Positions 49,354-59,366 of a DNA stretch of 64,000 bases are shown piece by piece (the first letter of the stretch is position 1; each line of letters begins with the position of its first letter). The stretch lies in contig OZ038378.1 in the NCBI GenBank assembly GCA_964036045.1, forward strand, positions 165,106,001-165,170,000. The letters run 5' to 3'. The notes under the pieces are model-generated. The model searched no databases. It was given only the letters and a program-made list of their open reading frames with translations, and had not been told where the DNA came from. A program made the translations under genes and the position numbers. The stretch is from Eutreptiella sp. 'Long Island Sound 2002'. Taxonomy: Eukaryota > Protista > Euglenida.

Positions 49354-49377
49354 TTTCTGAGTGTCTATTTTTTTTCG
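49354..49377 (+). other. Genomic copy of the euglenid spliced-leader exon
   Basis: TTTCTGAGTGTCTATTTTTTTTCG equals the last 24 nt of the 26-nt Euglena SL (ACTTTCTGAGTGTCTATTTTTTTTCG). It is followed by a 39-nt 5'UTR and ATG, not by an SL-RNA GT intron. Confidence 0.9.
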
Positions 49378-49416
49378 TCCCGGACTTCCTTGGTTGCTTT
49401 TACACATTTGTCCACA

Positions 49417-50076
49417 ATGGCGTCGCAAAGCCCCAACTGCTTTTTTGGCCTTGAGATCCAACCGGATAAGAAGTACACTCAGACGCCGCCGGATGGCGTG
49501 CACTTGCATCTGTCTCAAGCAGCATTGCCACCCGAGAACAATGGCAGAGTGTCAGTGAAAGTGACAATCGATGGAAAGACTTTTTGCCTTTGCACTTTGG
49601 TTGCTGGCACCATCGATCAGTCCCCGCTCGATCTGAATTTCTCTGCCAGTCAGGAAGTGGTCTTCATGACGGAAGGGGATCCCATCATTGTGCACCTCAC
49701 AGGGTACTACGAGGTCTCAGACGACATCCCAACGGATGATGGCGCCCCTGATTTGGACGGAGAGGAGGAGGAGGAGGAGGAGGAGGAAGCAGAGGAGGAG
49801 GAAATGGACGAGGAAATGGAGGAGGAGGAGGAGGAGGAGGAGGAGGAGGAGCCACCGATGCCGCCCAAGAAGAAGCACAAGCAAACTGAGAAGCCTCCCC
49901 CAAAGCAGCCAGTGGCATCAGCACCCGTGAAAAAAGCTCAGCCAAAGGAACAGCCGAAGCCAGAGCCGAAGAAGGAGAAGGGGAAGCCAGAGCCAAAGCC
50001 TGCCCCAGCACCTGCACCGACAGCTGCAGCCGGCGAAAAGAAGAAGAAGAAGAAGAAGGCAAAGCACGATGAGTAA
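49417..50076 (+). CDS. Nucleoplasmin-like (NPL) histone-chaperone protein (FKBP39/HD-tuin N-domain type), intronless retrocopy, 219 aa
   Basis: FFGLEI..., LHLSQAAL, FCLCTL, QSPLDLNF, VHLTGYY; long acidic tract; basic poly-K tail. ORF uninterrupted. Confidence 0.9.
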   Translation: MASQSPNCFFGLEIQPDKKYTQTPPDGVHLHLSQAALPPENNGRVSVKVTIDGKTFCLCTLVAGTIDQSPLDLNFSASQEVVFMTEGDPIIVHLTGYYEVSDDIPTDDGAPDLDGEEEEEEEEEAEEEEMDEEMEEEEEEEEEEEPPMPPKKKHKQTEKPPPKQPVASAPVKKAQPKEQPKPEPKKEKGKPEPKPAPAPAPTAAAGEKKKKKKKAKHDE

Positions 50077-51059
50077 AAGGCCCTGGCTGCTGCCATTCTC
50101 AAAGGGGTTGCGCTTGGATACCCTGAAGACGGCAGAGAGAGGGTTTCCGCATCCCAGGCCAGTGCTACTGTTTTGGGAATCATTGAGCATGTTTTTGTGT
50201 TCGCTGGGACGCCTGCAGGGCCATGTCTCGGAAGCGGCTTTTCTGTTAATGCTCCTGGTTAGGCTGCCTGCGTGGTGGCAGAAGAGGGGGCGTGGCAGCA
50301 TCTGTGTTTTGCCTGGTATGCTGCCGGCGGCCGGACCCAAGGCACCCATACCGGGGATGGTCTGCTGCTGCACGCACCGCCTTCCTCCTACACAACCAAG
50401 GCTTCAACTTGGGGCCAGGAAACGCCTCTATGCATGCCATTGTGTACTGCTCAGGACAGTCTCTGCAAAGGCAGAGGGTCTGATTTCCCGTGCCTCTGCA
50501 AAGGGGGTGCGCTTGTTGCCTTGGCGACCGACTGCCCCCCCAAATGGGGGACTCAGGCTACATCGAGGGATGGGTCTTTTGCCGCCAACAGGGGGCTGCA
50601 ATGTGTTTGGGTTTGCTGTCACTAGCACTAGTCAAGGCATGCCAGGGCACTGGATTGCATGGCAACCCATGCCACAGTGTGGCGTCTAATGGCCAAAGGT
50701 GTCCTCTATGGGGGTGTGATCCGTCGTGCTGGGGCGCAAGGGGCAGACTGCGGTTTTTCCCAGCCGCGTGGGTGTGTTTCATTCGTCACTGATTGGCAAC
50801 CGCTGGGCCATTGTACCGCGGCCTTGGTGCTGAAAAGTTTGAGTACAGACGTCGATCGAGGCATGAGGACCACCTTGCGTTTCGATCTTTTTTCTGTGGG
50901 CAACGCGGCAGAAGTGCCAATGACAACAATTCCCTTTCAGATACTCCCTATTGAAGGGTGGCAGGTGCATACTGCCTGGCAGGTCCCAGAGCAGAGGGAT
51001 GTGTCGTGCACGCAGACCTGGTTGCTCCCCATTGACTGCCATGCAGAGCCAAGTTGGTT

Positions 51060-51730
51060 TCTTCACACCGTTTTGCGCCTGCTGCAGCGCCGGATGGCAT
51101 GATGACTGCCGGAGTTGAGCCCTTCCTTCTAAGAGGCAGTCGACCCCTGTGGGGCAATGAAGTTGCATGTCAGCAAAATGCATTCACTCAATACCGAGAT
51201 GTCAGACTGGTGTTGAGATCTTCCAGGAGGGTAGCAGCAACCCTTCCCTGATCCACGACACGCCCATTTTTGCCGTCTTGACCTGTCAGGTGCTGTTGCA
51301 GGGTGCCGCTGATGCCTACCGTGCCAACCAGGCTGGCCGTGCCAGTAAAGATCCTGGTTTGCTGCCTGGTAGCACCTTCAACCCCCTGGGTTTGGCCGAC
51401 GATCTTGACAGTCTCGCCGAGTTTAAGGAGGTCCAGAAAAGACGTTTGGCCATGTTCTCCATGCTGGGTTTCTCTGTCCAGGCCATCGTGACCAGTGAGG
51501 GCCCAGTTGGGAGCTGGGCTACCCACGTAGCTGACGCTTTCAGGTCCTAAGTCTGTCCCTTGCTTTGATGGACCAGGTTGCTCCTTCCTCTGAGGCCATG
51601 CTAGCCGCAATTGACCGGGTCTCTGACAACTTGACTGCCTGGTACGGATCTGAGCGCAATGAGTGGTTGAGCCCGCCCCCCGATACCTCCGCCCCTTATT
51701 ACCTGACTGGTGAGTTCCCTGGCAACCCCA
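51060..51730 (+). pseudogene. Processed pseudogene of an LHCII (chlorophyll a/b-binding) polyprotein: one unit, a linker and the start of the next unit
   Basis: PGSTFNPLGLADD..AEFKEVQKRRLAMFSMLGFSVQAIVT.EGP; then AMLAAIDR (linker-like) and DNLTAWYGSERNEWL...YLTGEFPG. Contains stops and frameshifts; no introns. Confidence 0.85.
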
Positions 51731-51731
51731 G

Positions 51732-54700
51732 TTGTCTGGCCGCCATGGCCTCTGTACAGCAGACGCAGGGCCGTTTCACATGCCCCCAGACCACGCCCCA
51801 GTCCCGGTCCCAGGTGTAGGTGTATTTCAGTGTGCAGCAGGCCACGGCCTCGCACCACTGTTAGGCGCAGCAGGCACTAGCCTCGCGTCGTGGCACTGCA
51901 CTGGCGAGCTCAGCCCCCCCCCCTCCCTTGGGGTCACGTCCGCTGGGCCACATCTGGCACCCTCCCCTGGGACCGTACTTGCTGCCCCTGGCCAAAATAT
52001 GGACACTGTGGCAGCCTGGTGCAATCCTCAGCACAACACGCAACCGGCCCCTTTCCCGGTTGGGAGTCATGGCGAGGCGCATGGGGCCCATGATGCATAT
52101 GGAGACCCGGTGAATGCCGACGGTCTGCCCCTTTCCTTTCCAGTAGTGCAGGGAGACCAGTGTGCAGCAGGTCACGGCCTCGCACCATTGAGTCTTGACG
52201 CCGCAGGCACGAGCCTCGCGTCTAGCCACCCGGTCCCCGTCTCCACGTACCCGTTGGGCTTGACGGACGACCCTCTCGCCCTCGCTGCCGCTGGCTACCT
52301 GGACCCTGCTCACTTTGACAAGCCGGCGTGGCCCACAGCTAGCCCTCCTCGAGATCTCTTCGCAACAGGCACTTATCCGACGCCGATGTCTGTATCTGAA
52401 GTGCACTGGCGGCAGTCGGAGCAACCCCCCGACACCACCGCTACCACGCCGCCCACATGCCCCTACGACCCGGGCAGCACGCGCGAACGCGTGTTTACAC
52501 GAACGGCGGTGGGGGGCAAACGTCGTCGCCCCTCCGACACCGACTCCTCCGCCTCCTCGGACACAACCTCTACGGCCTCCACCTCTTCATCCCCACGCCG
52601 CGACCCAAAATCCAAAAAACACAAGAAACACAAACGACACCACAAGCGCAAAAAACAGAAAAGACACCCCCCCTCCCCCCCTCCCCCTCCCCTCCAACCG
52701 TACCCCTACCCGTACACATACCCGTACTATACACCACAGCAGCACCCACCGCCCCAGTCACTACAGCCACACCACCAGCAACCAACCCCGCAACCACAAA
52801 CCCCGCAGCCACAAACCCCGGGCCCGACGCCATATCAACCACACCCACATTCCCCGCATTTCTATTCATATTACTATCCGTCCTACACCCAGCCAACGCA
52901 CCAACCCTACCACTCCCATCCGGACCAATCCCCGCACATCCCGTCCCCGCACAACACCTCCGAACCACCCACCCAACACCCATACCAGCACGACCCCTAC
53001 CAAGCTTCGCCGCACTCCCACCAGCATTATCACGCAAACTACCACCAGAACCACACCCACCCCTACCAACACGACCCGTACTCCGGTCCAAAGCATCACC
53101 AGGCTACTCAACCCCATAGCCAGCATCCCTCCTTCGAGCATCCACCACCACAGGAACCTCAGGCACCCGCAGCGCAACAAGAACACAGCCCAGACCAGGA
53201 GCACCACGCCGCGCCCCCTCCAGCGCCCCAAAGGGTGACCGGCTCGGGACCCCTACCATCCACCCCCCATCCGTCCCGCGGCCCGACGCCCTCTCAACGC
53301 CAGAAGCAAGCCAACATTCGCCGGTCCATCAATCGGGACAAGGCAAACCTCTGTCGGATGATCGAGGCAGCAGCGGGTTTGCCACAGGGATCTACGCGTC
53401 CTGTAGACTCCTATGGCCAGTCGGTTGACACGCTTAGGGAGTGGGGGCAGCAGGCGGCCGAGCGCAACTGGGCCGATTACCACAGGCAACAGCCCCACCC
53501 AGCCCCGGTCACGGCCGAGGCGACAAGTGCGCCTTCCGTCACGCGCGACACTACGCAGGCGCGGGCAGCGGCATCGGGCCCGCGACCGCCCCCTACAGGG
53601 GCGCGCCGCCGTGCCACACCGTCAGCGCGGGCCGCCAAGCCGTGCCCGCAACCTCCGCCGAGCGCCTCTACGACGGGAGACAACGGCGCGGCCGCCGCCA
53701 GCAGCGAGGAAGGAACAGCAAGCTGTCCGATTGACCTCGATCAATCGGACGACATCGACCCCTTTGCGCCGGTACAGGCACAGAGGGACTCCGCGCAAGA
53801 AGGAGTTCGCGCTCCCCGGCCCCAGGCACAGCCCCGATCAGCGGCCCCTCCGCCAACGGCCCCGTCAGCGCCCCACCCGTCATCCCGGCCTCCGAGCGGC
53901 CCTCCCCCCAGCCCTCCCCCACACGCCGACGACATCCCCCCGCCATACACCGCAACAGACATGCGCCTCCCGTCGGTCAGCTTCCTGCGGACTCGAGAGT
54001 CCCGGCAGGTAGATGCCATTCCTTCCGCCCTCCCCTCCTACCGGGACATGGTTGCACTCCACGACCCCTTCTTGTCGCAAGCCAGCTCGCACACAGGACA
54101 CACGCAAACTCAGGTGCATGAGACATGTTTGCACCCTGCTGTATCCCATGCTGCTTCTCCCTTGCACTCACTGTCCTCCGTTTTCGCAGGAGTGAGGAGG
54201 CCCTCGTCGCAAGCGGCAGAAGGGCCCACTCGGGAGGGCCATGCCATGCGGGCAGTAATTAAGGTGACCCCTTTCACTCCCGTTTCGCCAGCGGATGCAG
54301 GCCCACGCCTCCCGCCCCACCGAGTGCTCATTCCATCACATCATCTTATATTATGCCTCATGGTATTGGCGGCAACAGGTGTACGCCCTCTACCCTCCAA
54401 AGGTCGGGGGCCTCTCGATACAGGTGGCGAGTACTTCGAGGCAGCATGTATCCGTTGTATTGTGTCGACCACAACCAGCACGACGGAGCACATTCTTATG
54501 ACCTCCGCGGTGACATTCTTCGTGTATCAAATTGCATCTGCTTGGGAATCTTGCATGCCTTGCGCTACATGGGAATGGCGTTCCAGTCAGCACCCCCCCC
54601 CCCCCCCTCCACAGTCAACAACGTGGCACCACGACGTGGTACAAGATGGGGATGTAGAGGCCAACCCGGGACCACACCCCACCCAGCAAATTCTCTCAGG

Positions 54701-57700
54701 GTCACGGGATCTAGGGCATCCAAGCGGTCGCATTACCGACACGTATCCGCCGGGGCCACGGGCCGGGGTCACAGGACCAGCACTCCCGGAATCACCCAAT
54801 CCTGCCCGGCCGTGGAATGACCTCACTACTATTGGGGACATCTCGCAGTTTTTGCGCAGCACGGCTTCCATCAATACAAAGGTCTCGTCTCTAGTGGCAC
54901 TCCACCATCACCTGCTCCAACAGTGCCATGCCGACCACAATGCCCTCCCGGGTGAGATGCATGGCGCGGTACTCTGCACACCACCTAGGGACAGCACAAC
55001 TGCCCCGAGCGCCCCGACTAGCCCAACGACGGACACCACCGAGGTTCACAGCCCCGGATCACCGATGACCCCCACAGGAGGTCTAGACATCGAGTGTTCA
55101 CGATGCGGCATCCGAGATTTCTATTCACTTTGCTGCAGCACATGTGGCGACCACCTCTGGGGTCTCGACGTCCATGAAGGGATGGCAACGGCACCAGTAC
55201 CTGGCCTCGATGTTGAAACTGACGTGCAAAAAGCAGCATCGTCATCCACCCCTGCATCAGGCACTACCTCCTTTCTGACTGGGTGTGCACAACGCGAACC
55301 GCCACCGAGGGGCTCGCCACAACCCGAGCGACCACGGGCTGCACACTCCCCGCAGCTCCACGTCGGCTGCCACATGGACCAACGGCCGACGGCCAGTCAT
55401 GGGCCGCAAGTTCCGGCTTACCAGTGTGGGGATGTCCAACGACAACAAGACCCAATCGAGCATCTCATCCCAAGTCAAACGGACACAGATGACCCCGACT
55501 GGGGATGGCTCCCCGCCGGATTGCTACACCGCCATGTGGGGCCCCCACCCCCTACGGATGCACAAGGTGACTCCAGCTGGGGATGGCTCCCTACCGATCT
55601 GCTCTATCGCCCGGAGGAACTCCCGACCTCTGCGGAAGCTCGTGCCTCACCACGGTCCTCATTGCTTCAGCTCGGGGAGGCCCATGGCGAACATGGGGAG
55701 GTGTCTTCACTTGATGGATCGGGAGGGGGCCAATACTCCATTGAAGTTCGGAGACAAGACCTCGAGTGTTGCCCTCTGTGCTACGAGGATGCCTTGCTGT
55801 TCCCGCTACCGTGTCACCCGCTGCACCGGCTGTGCACTTTATGCGCATATGACCCCCGGCTTCAAGGATGCCCATGGCGATGCGCATCCCATGGACTCAC
55901 AGGGCACCTCCAAGAGCCACACCCCGCCCCCGGAGGGACCCCGCCCGGAGACGACGATCGCATGGACCTCGACACCGAATATCCCGAAGTGGACTTCAAT
56001 GCAACGCACTCGTCTGGGGTGGTTTCGTCGGCCTCCCCTTCCTCCCCCAGTGCACTCCCCATGCGAACTATATTACAAGATGTGGTGGATTCAGAATGGA
56101 CACGCCTCCAGCTCCATTTTGAGGTGCACTTCCCCGCGGTGCGCGAGACTCCGCTGGGGTCGTATGCCGATCTACATGTGCACGAGTGTACACGCCACCT
56201 ACAACACTTCTTGAGGTTGACAGAGAGGGTCTTCTACGAGAGCAAGCGAGCAATTTTGAGCTATGCACTCGACTCAGCGACATCATCCACCGCACCCCCA
56301 CCACCACCACCACCGCCTCCTGGACCCCCTACGTCCGTTCCTTACCGCCGCAACTCCCATATTCCGGTGGTACAATGTGGCGACGTGGAGCGCAACCCGG
56401 GCCCCGCATCCCCCACGCTACCCGGGTCCCCTGGACACCGGGGCCTCGAGTCCATGGAATTAGACCCCTTGCAACTCCAGTTCACGCCGACAAGAGATCC
56501 CTCTGAAGGTATCGAGGGCGCAGAGCCAACGGAGTTGTATCCTCTAGAGATATGCGCAGCCTTGGATGGCAGCCCATCACTTGGGCCACTGGACCCCTAT
56601 CGGCTCGACCGCCCGTGCAGTGCGTTGTATAAGGCGGCATTTAAGGAGGCCATGGGCGATATTCGCCAGTACCGCTTCCCCAACGAGGTGTCGTGGGTCG
56701 TGGCGGCGGTCACCGCTCATCTCGACGAGTGTGTGTACCTTCGGGCCCCGCCCGACATGACACTCCCCAAACCCACCGACCCTGGTTGGTTAGGGCTCAT
56801 TTTCCAAGGACACGTCAAGCTCAATGCGGAGAGGTGGGACCACCGCATCTTCGCGGTGGAATCCTTACTTCCGGAGTCGCACCAGCAATCTTGGGTGGCG
56901 GACACTGAGGTCACCTTCTTGGCAATACCCGTGCCGGTGGCACAACGCATCACTGAAGAATCGGCCGCGTACGCCGCTGACACGTCTGACATGCTGCGCA
57001 CCATGGTCCATGGCCAGCTGGAGTCTATCATCCAAGTGCAATCACACGACCAAGCCATGGAAGACGGAGCACCTCAGTCCCCCATGTATGTGACCCGCCC
57101 CGCTGTAGCGGGGGTGGAGGAAGAAGAATTGAAGCAGGCGGAACCAGCGCTGGGGAGTTACCTCCTGCAACTTAGGCGGCTCCAGAGGGGCATGCGGTCG
57201 TACTTGACTTCCAGGCCGGAGCGCAAAGTCACAAATTGCCACCACCGCATTTTGAACTCCACGGGTGAGGTATTCTTTGACACGCGACGCACGCAACTGG
57301 ACCACAGGGTCGCAGAGGACATCCTCGCCCATTATGACGTCACAGTGGAATACGGCAGCGACGGCATCCACACCGTATTCCACAACGCCACGCCAATGCA
57401 TGCACAACGGTGCATCCTACACACCGAGGTCACCCAAAATCTGGATCCCTACTACGGGGACCTCACCAATCGGACCGGAGTCCTCGTCCTCCCGGATGAA
57501 CAGGGGACAAAAAAGGGATTCATGGAGGCACAAAACAGGCCCAACGCAACGCCTGTGGTGTGGGGCGGTACGGAGGACGACGCCATCCGGGAAATGGTGG
57601 ATGTACTGGCCCAAGGGCAAAAAGCGCATGCGCGTAAGCGTCTACTCATGGTGTACGTGGCCAACAAAAACCGGGACTCGGCCATTGCCACACTGCGTCT

Positions 57701-59306
57701 AGAGCAAGTCGAAAGACCCTCGCTTCGTGCAGCCAACAGATATCTGGCCGGGGTCACAAAGTGGACGGGCACGGTGAACGCAAAGTACGATGGGTGGACA
57801 GGTGATGAAACCTTTGCCCCCGCATTTGCTGAACCGCTCCCCCTCATGGGCGTCTTGTTGGATAACTCGGCCGAGTGGCGACCTGTGGAGGCCGTTGAGA
57901 GTCGTGAGTTGGATGTGCAAAACATGGACCACGATGATTTGTACGGGAACATACAAGACGGCGGGAAGTTCGCCATTGAGGAGGACACGGATACGGTTGT
58001 CTTGGAGTTCCCGGAAGCCATGAAAGTCAACACGCTCCATCGCATGTTCAAGTTCCTCAACGAAACAGACATGGAGGTCCAAACCAGTATTGCCATGCAG
58101 CTACCCTCCAATAGCTTCCCGTTCATGGGGGCTATGGAGGCTCGCGCGTCGCGGTCTCAATCCACGGCATACGAGGTTCGCCTCCCAAGGCGACTGGTGG
58201 CCAAGGCCACGCGAGTGGTGGCCGAGGCAGCGGAGGCTAGATACAAACAGGATGACCAGCTAGTGGGCCCCTTCATCATCAACGAATCGTCACGCGAGCT
58301 CTGGATTGTACGTCAGCGCTTTCGGGTGGAAAAAGAGGACAAAATCTCCTCTTACGAGGATATTATACGGGACTTCCGCCAGAATCACCAGTTGATTCAG
58401 GGCACACTCATGGAGCATGTTGTGGGGATGAAGCCCGTCGACAATTATCGGTTGATGGTGCAGTTCAAGACGACCCTAGACCGCCTGACACTCACCTCTG
58501 TGTTGAAACAAATCAACCATTACGAAGCACAAAACGTGCTCACCAACGACATGATGTCGGGAGGGGTGTCACGGAGTAAATGGGGCTACGCGGCAGTCAA
58601 GGCACGAGCCCTGCTCCCGAACCCCGACCGCTCGCACGCTACGGAGATCTTTTGGGGAGCATCGCTGGGAGTCTCCGAGTATGAATTGCGAGTGACCGTC
58701 GCCAGTTTTGGTCGGTACTTGACGTTGGCCGAGGAGCCTAGCTTCTACATGGAACCCACTTACGTGCATTATGTGAGGGCCACCTACGAAAACCCCCAAA
58801 GTGCGGGTCTTGCGGCAGGGCAGTTCCTTAAGGTTAAAACTGGGGTCCTCCAATGTACCACGGGCGACTCTACCCAGGATGCTCTCATCCGGGACCGCAT
58901 CGATTCCATGTTGTTGGATGTGGTCCCGGACTCCTCTCACCTCCGCCTTCCACATCGCCTCCAGTACGCCGCGAAGTTCTTGGGAGCCAAGGAGGCCATG
59001 GCAAAACTGCATGATGAGCACCTCAAGACGAAACGTCTCCACGAACCCGCCATGGACACGCAAGAGAAAATGATGCAATGGGATACAGAGGACCCTCTCC
59101 TCCAGCCGAAGCGTGCCAAAACGGAAGCCCAGGACGCCCGTCTCTGCATGGACACGCGCCGACCTACGGCCTCCACCGCCAGCGACCTTCAGATCAAGAC
59201 CAGTGCCTCCAAGCCACAGCTGGCTGCCCCGGCACATAAACCAACTGTAAAGCCCAAACCGCCCACGCCCGCACGGCGGGGTGTACCCAAACCAGCACGC
59301 AAGTGA
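51732..59306 (+). CDS. LINE ORF1-like polyprotein (2524 codons; first ATG at 51780) with 2A-like motifs, Zn finger, RING and RRM-like region
   Basis: 7.5-kb open frame. GDVEANPGP 54648-54674; GDVERNPGP 56379-56405; CSRC..CCSTC ~55095-55150; RING-like 55767-55883; RRM-like ~58640-58860. Confidence 0.8.
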   Translation: MSGRHGLCTADAGPFHMPPDHAPVPVPGVGVFQCAAGHGLAPLLGAAGTSLASWHCTGELSPPPSLGVTSAGPHLAPSPGTVLAAPGQNMDTVAAWCNPQHNTQPAPFPVGSHGEAHGAHDAYGDPVNADGLPLSFPVVQGDQCAAGHGLAPLSLDAAGTSLASSHPVPVSTYPLGLTDDPLALAAAGYLDPAHFDKPAWPTASPPRDLFATGTYPTPMSVSEVHWRQSEQPPDTTATTPPTCPYDPGSTRERVFTRTAVGGKRRRPSDTDSSASSDTTSTASTSSSPRRDPKSKKHKKHKRHHKRKKQKRHPPSPPPPPLQPYPYPYTYPYYTPQQHPPPQSLQPHHQQPTPQPQTPQPQTPGPTPYQPHPHSPHFYSYYYPSYTQPTHQPYHSHPDQSPHIPSPHNTSEPPTQHPYQHDPYQASPHSHQHYHANYHQNHTHPYQHDPYSGPKHHQATQPHSQHPSFEHPPPQEPQAPAAQQEHSPDQEHHAAPPPAPQRVTGSGPLPSTPHPSRGPTPSQRQKQANIRRSINRDKANLCRMIEAAAGLPQGSTRPVDSYGQSVDTLREWGQQAAERNWADYHRQQPHPAPVTAEATSAPSVTRDTTQARAAASGPRPPPTGARRRATPSARAAKPCPQPPPSASTTGDNGAAAASSEEGTASCPIDLDQSDDIDPFAPVQAQRDSAQEGVRAPRPQAQPRSAAPPPTAPSAPHPSSRPPSGPPPSPPPHADDIPPPYTATDMRLPSVSFLRTRESRQVDAIPSALPSYRDMVALHDPFLSQASSHTGHTQTQVHETCLHPAVSHAASPLHSLSSVFAGVRRPSSQAAEGPTREGHAMRAVIKVTPFTPVSPADAGPRLPPHRVLIPSHHLILCLMVLAATGVRPLPSKGRGPLDTGGEYFEAACIRCIVSTTTSTTEHILMTSAVTFFVYQIASAWESCMPCATWEWRSSQHPPPPPPQSTTWHHDVVQDGDVEANPGPHPTQQILSGSRDLGHPSGRITDTYPPGPRAGVTGPALPESPNPARPWNDLTTIGDISQFLRSTASINTKVSSLVALHHHLLQQCHADHNALPGEMHGAVLCTPPRDSTTAPSAPTSPTTDTTEVHSPGSPMTPTGGLDIECSRCGIRDFYSLCCSTCGDHLWGLDVHEGMATAPVPGLDVETDVQKAASSSTPASGTTSFLTGCAQREPPPRGSPQPERPRAAHSPQLHVGCHMDQRPTASHGPQVPAYQCGDVQRQQDPIEHLIPSQTDTDDPDWGWLPAGLLHRHVGPPPPTDAQGDSSWGWLPTDLLYRPEELPTSAEARASPRSSLLQLGEAHGEHGEVSSLDGSGGGQYSIEVRRQDLECCPLCYEDALLFPLPCHPLHRLCTLCAYDPRLQGCPWRCASHGLTGHLQEPHPAPGGTPPGDDDRMDLDTEYPEVDFNATHSSGVVSSASPSSPSALPMRTILQDVVDSEWTRLQLHFEVHFPAVRETPLGSYADLHVHECTRHLQHFLRLTERVFYESKRAILSYALDSATSSTAPPPPPPPPPGPPTSVPYRRNSHIPVVQCGDVERNPGPASPTLPGSPGHRGLESMELDPLQLQFTPTRDPSEGIEGAEPTELYPLEICAALDGSPSLGPLDPYRLDRPCSALYKAAFKEAMGDIRQYRFPNEVSWVVAAVTAHLDECVYLRAPPDMTLPKPTDPGWLGLIFQGHVKLNAERWDHRIFAVESLLPESHQQSWVADTEVTFLAIPVPVAQRITEESAAYAADTSDMLRTMVHGQLESIIQVQSHDQAMEDGAPQSPMYVTRPAVAGVEEEELKQAEPALGSYLLQLRRLQRGMRSYLTSRPERKVTNCHHRILNSTGEVFFDTRRTQLDHRVAEDILAHYDVTVEYGSDGIHTVFHNATPMHAQRCILHTEVTQNLDPYYGDLTNRTGVLVLPDEQGTKKGFMEAQNRPNATPVVWGGTEDDAIREMVDVLAQGQKAHARKRLLMVYVANKNRDSAIATLRLEQVERPSLRAANRYLAGVTKWTGTVNAKYDGWTGDETFAPAFAEPLPLMGVLLDNSAEWRPVEAVESRELDVQNMDHDDLYGNIQDGGKFAIEEDTDTVVLEFPEAMKVNTLHRMFKFLNETDMEVQTSIAMQLPSNSFPFMGAMEARASRSQSTAYEVRLPRRLVAKATRVVAEAAEARYKQDDQLVGPFIINESSRELWIVRQRFRVEKEDKISSYEDIIRDFRQNHQLIQGTLMEHVVGMKPVDNYRLMVQFKTTLDRLTLTSVLKQINHYEAQNVLTNDMMSGGVSRSKWGYAAVKARALLPNPDRSHATEIFWGASLGVSEYELRVTVASFGRYLTLAEEPSFYMEPTYVHYVRATYENPQSAGLAAGQFLKVKTGVLQCTTGDSTQDALIRDRIDSMLLDVVPDSSHLRLPHRLQYAAKFLGAKEAMAKLHDEHLKTKRLHEPAMDTQEKMMQWDTEDPLLQPKRAKTEAQDARLCMDTRRPTASTASDLQIKTSASKPQLAAPAHKPTVKPKPPTPARRGVPKPARK

Positions 59307-59366
59307 CCCCGGTCTGGGGGCACGCTGGGATTTTACCTGTGGGTCCTGTGCCTCCTCGTCTGCCTG

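Noticed and set aside
49225-49416. 64-aa N-terminal extension of the NPL ORF, with a hydrophobic stretch
   Set aside because: It starts at a non-ATG codon and reads through the SL relic and 5'UTR; the NPL domain begins at ATG 49417.
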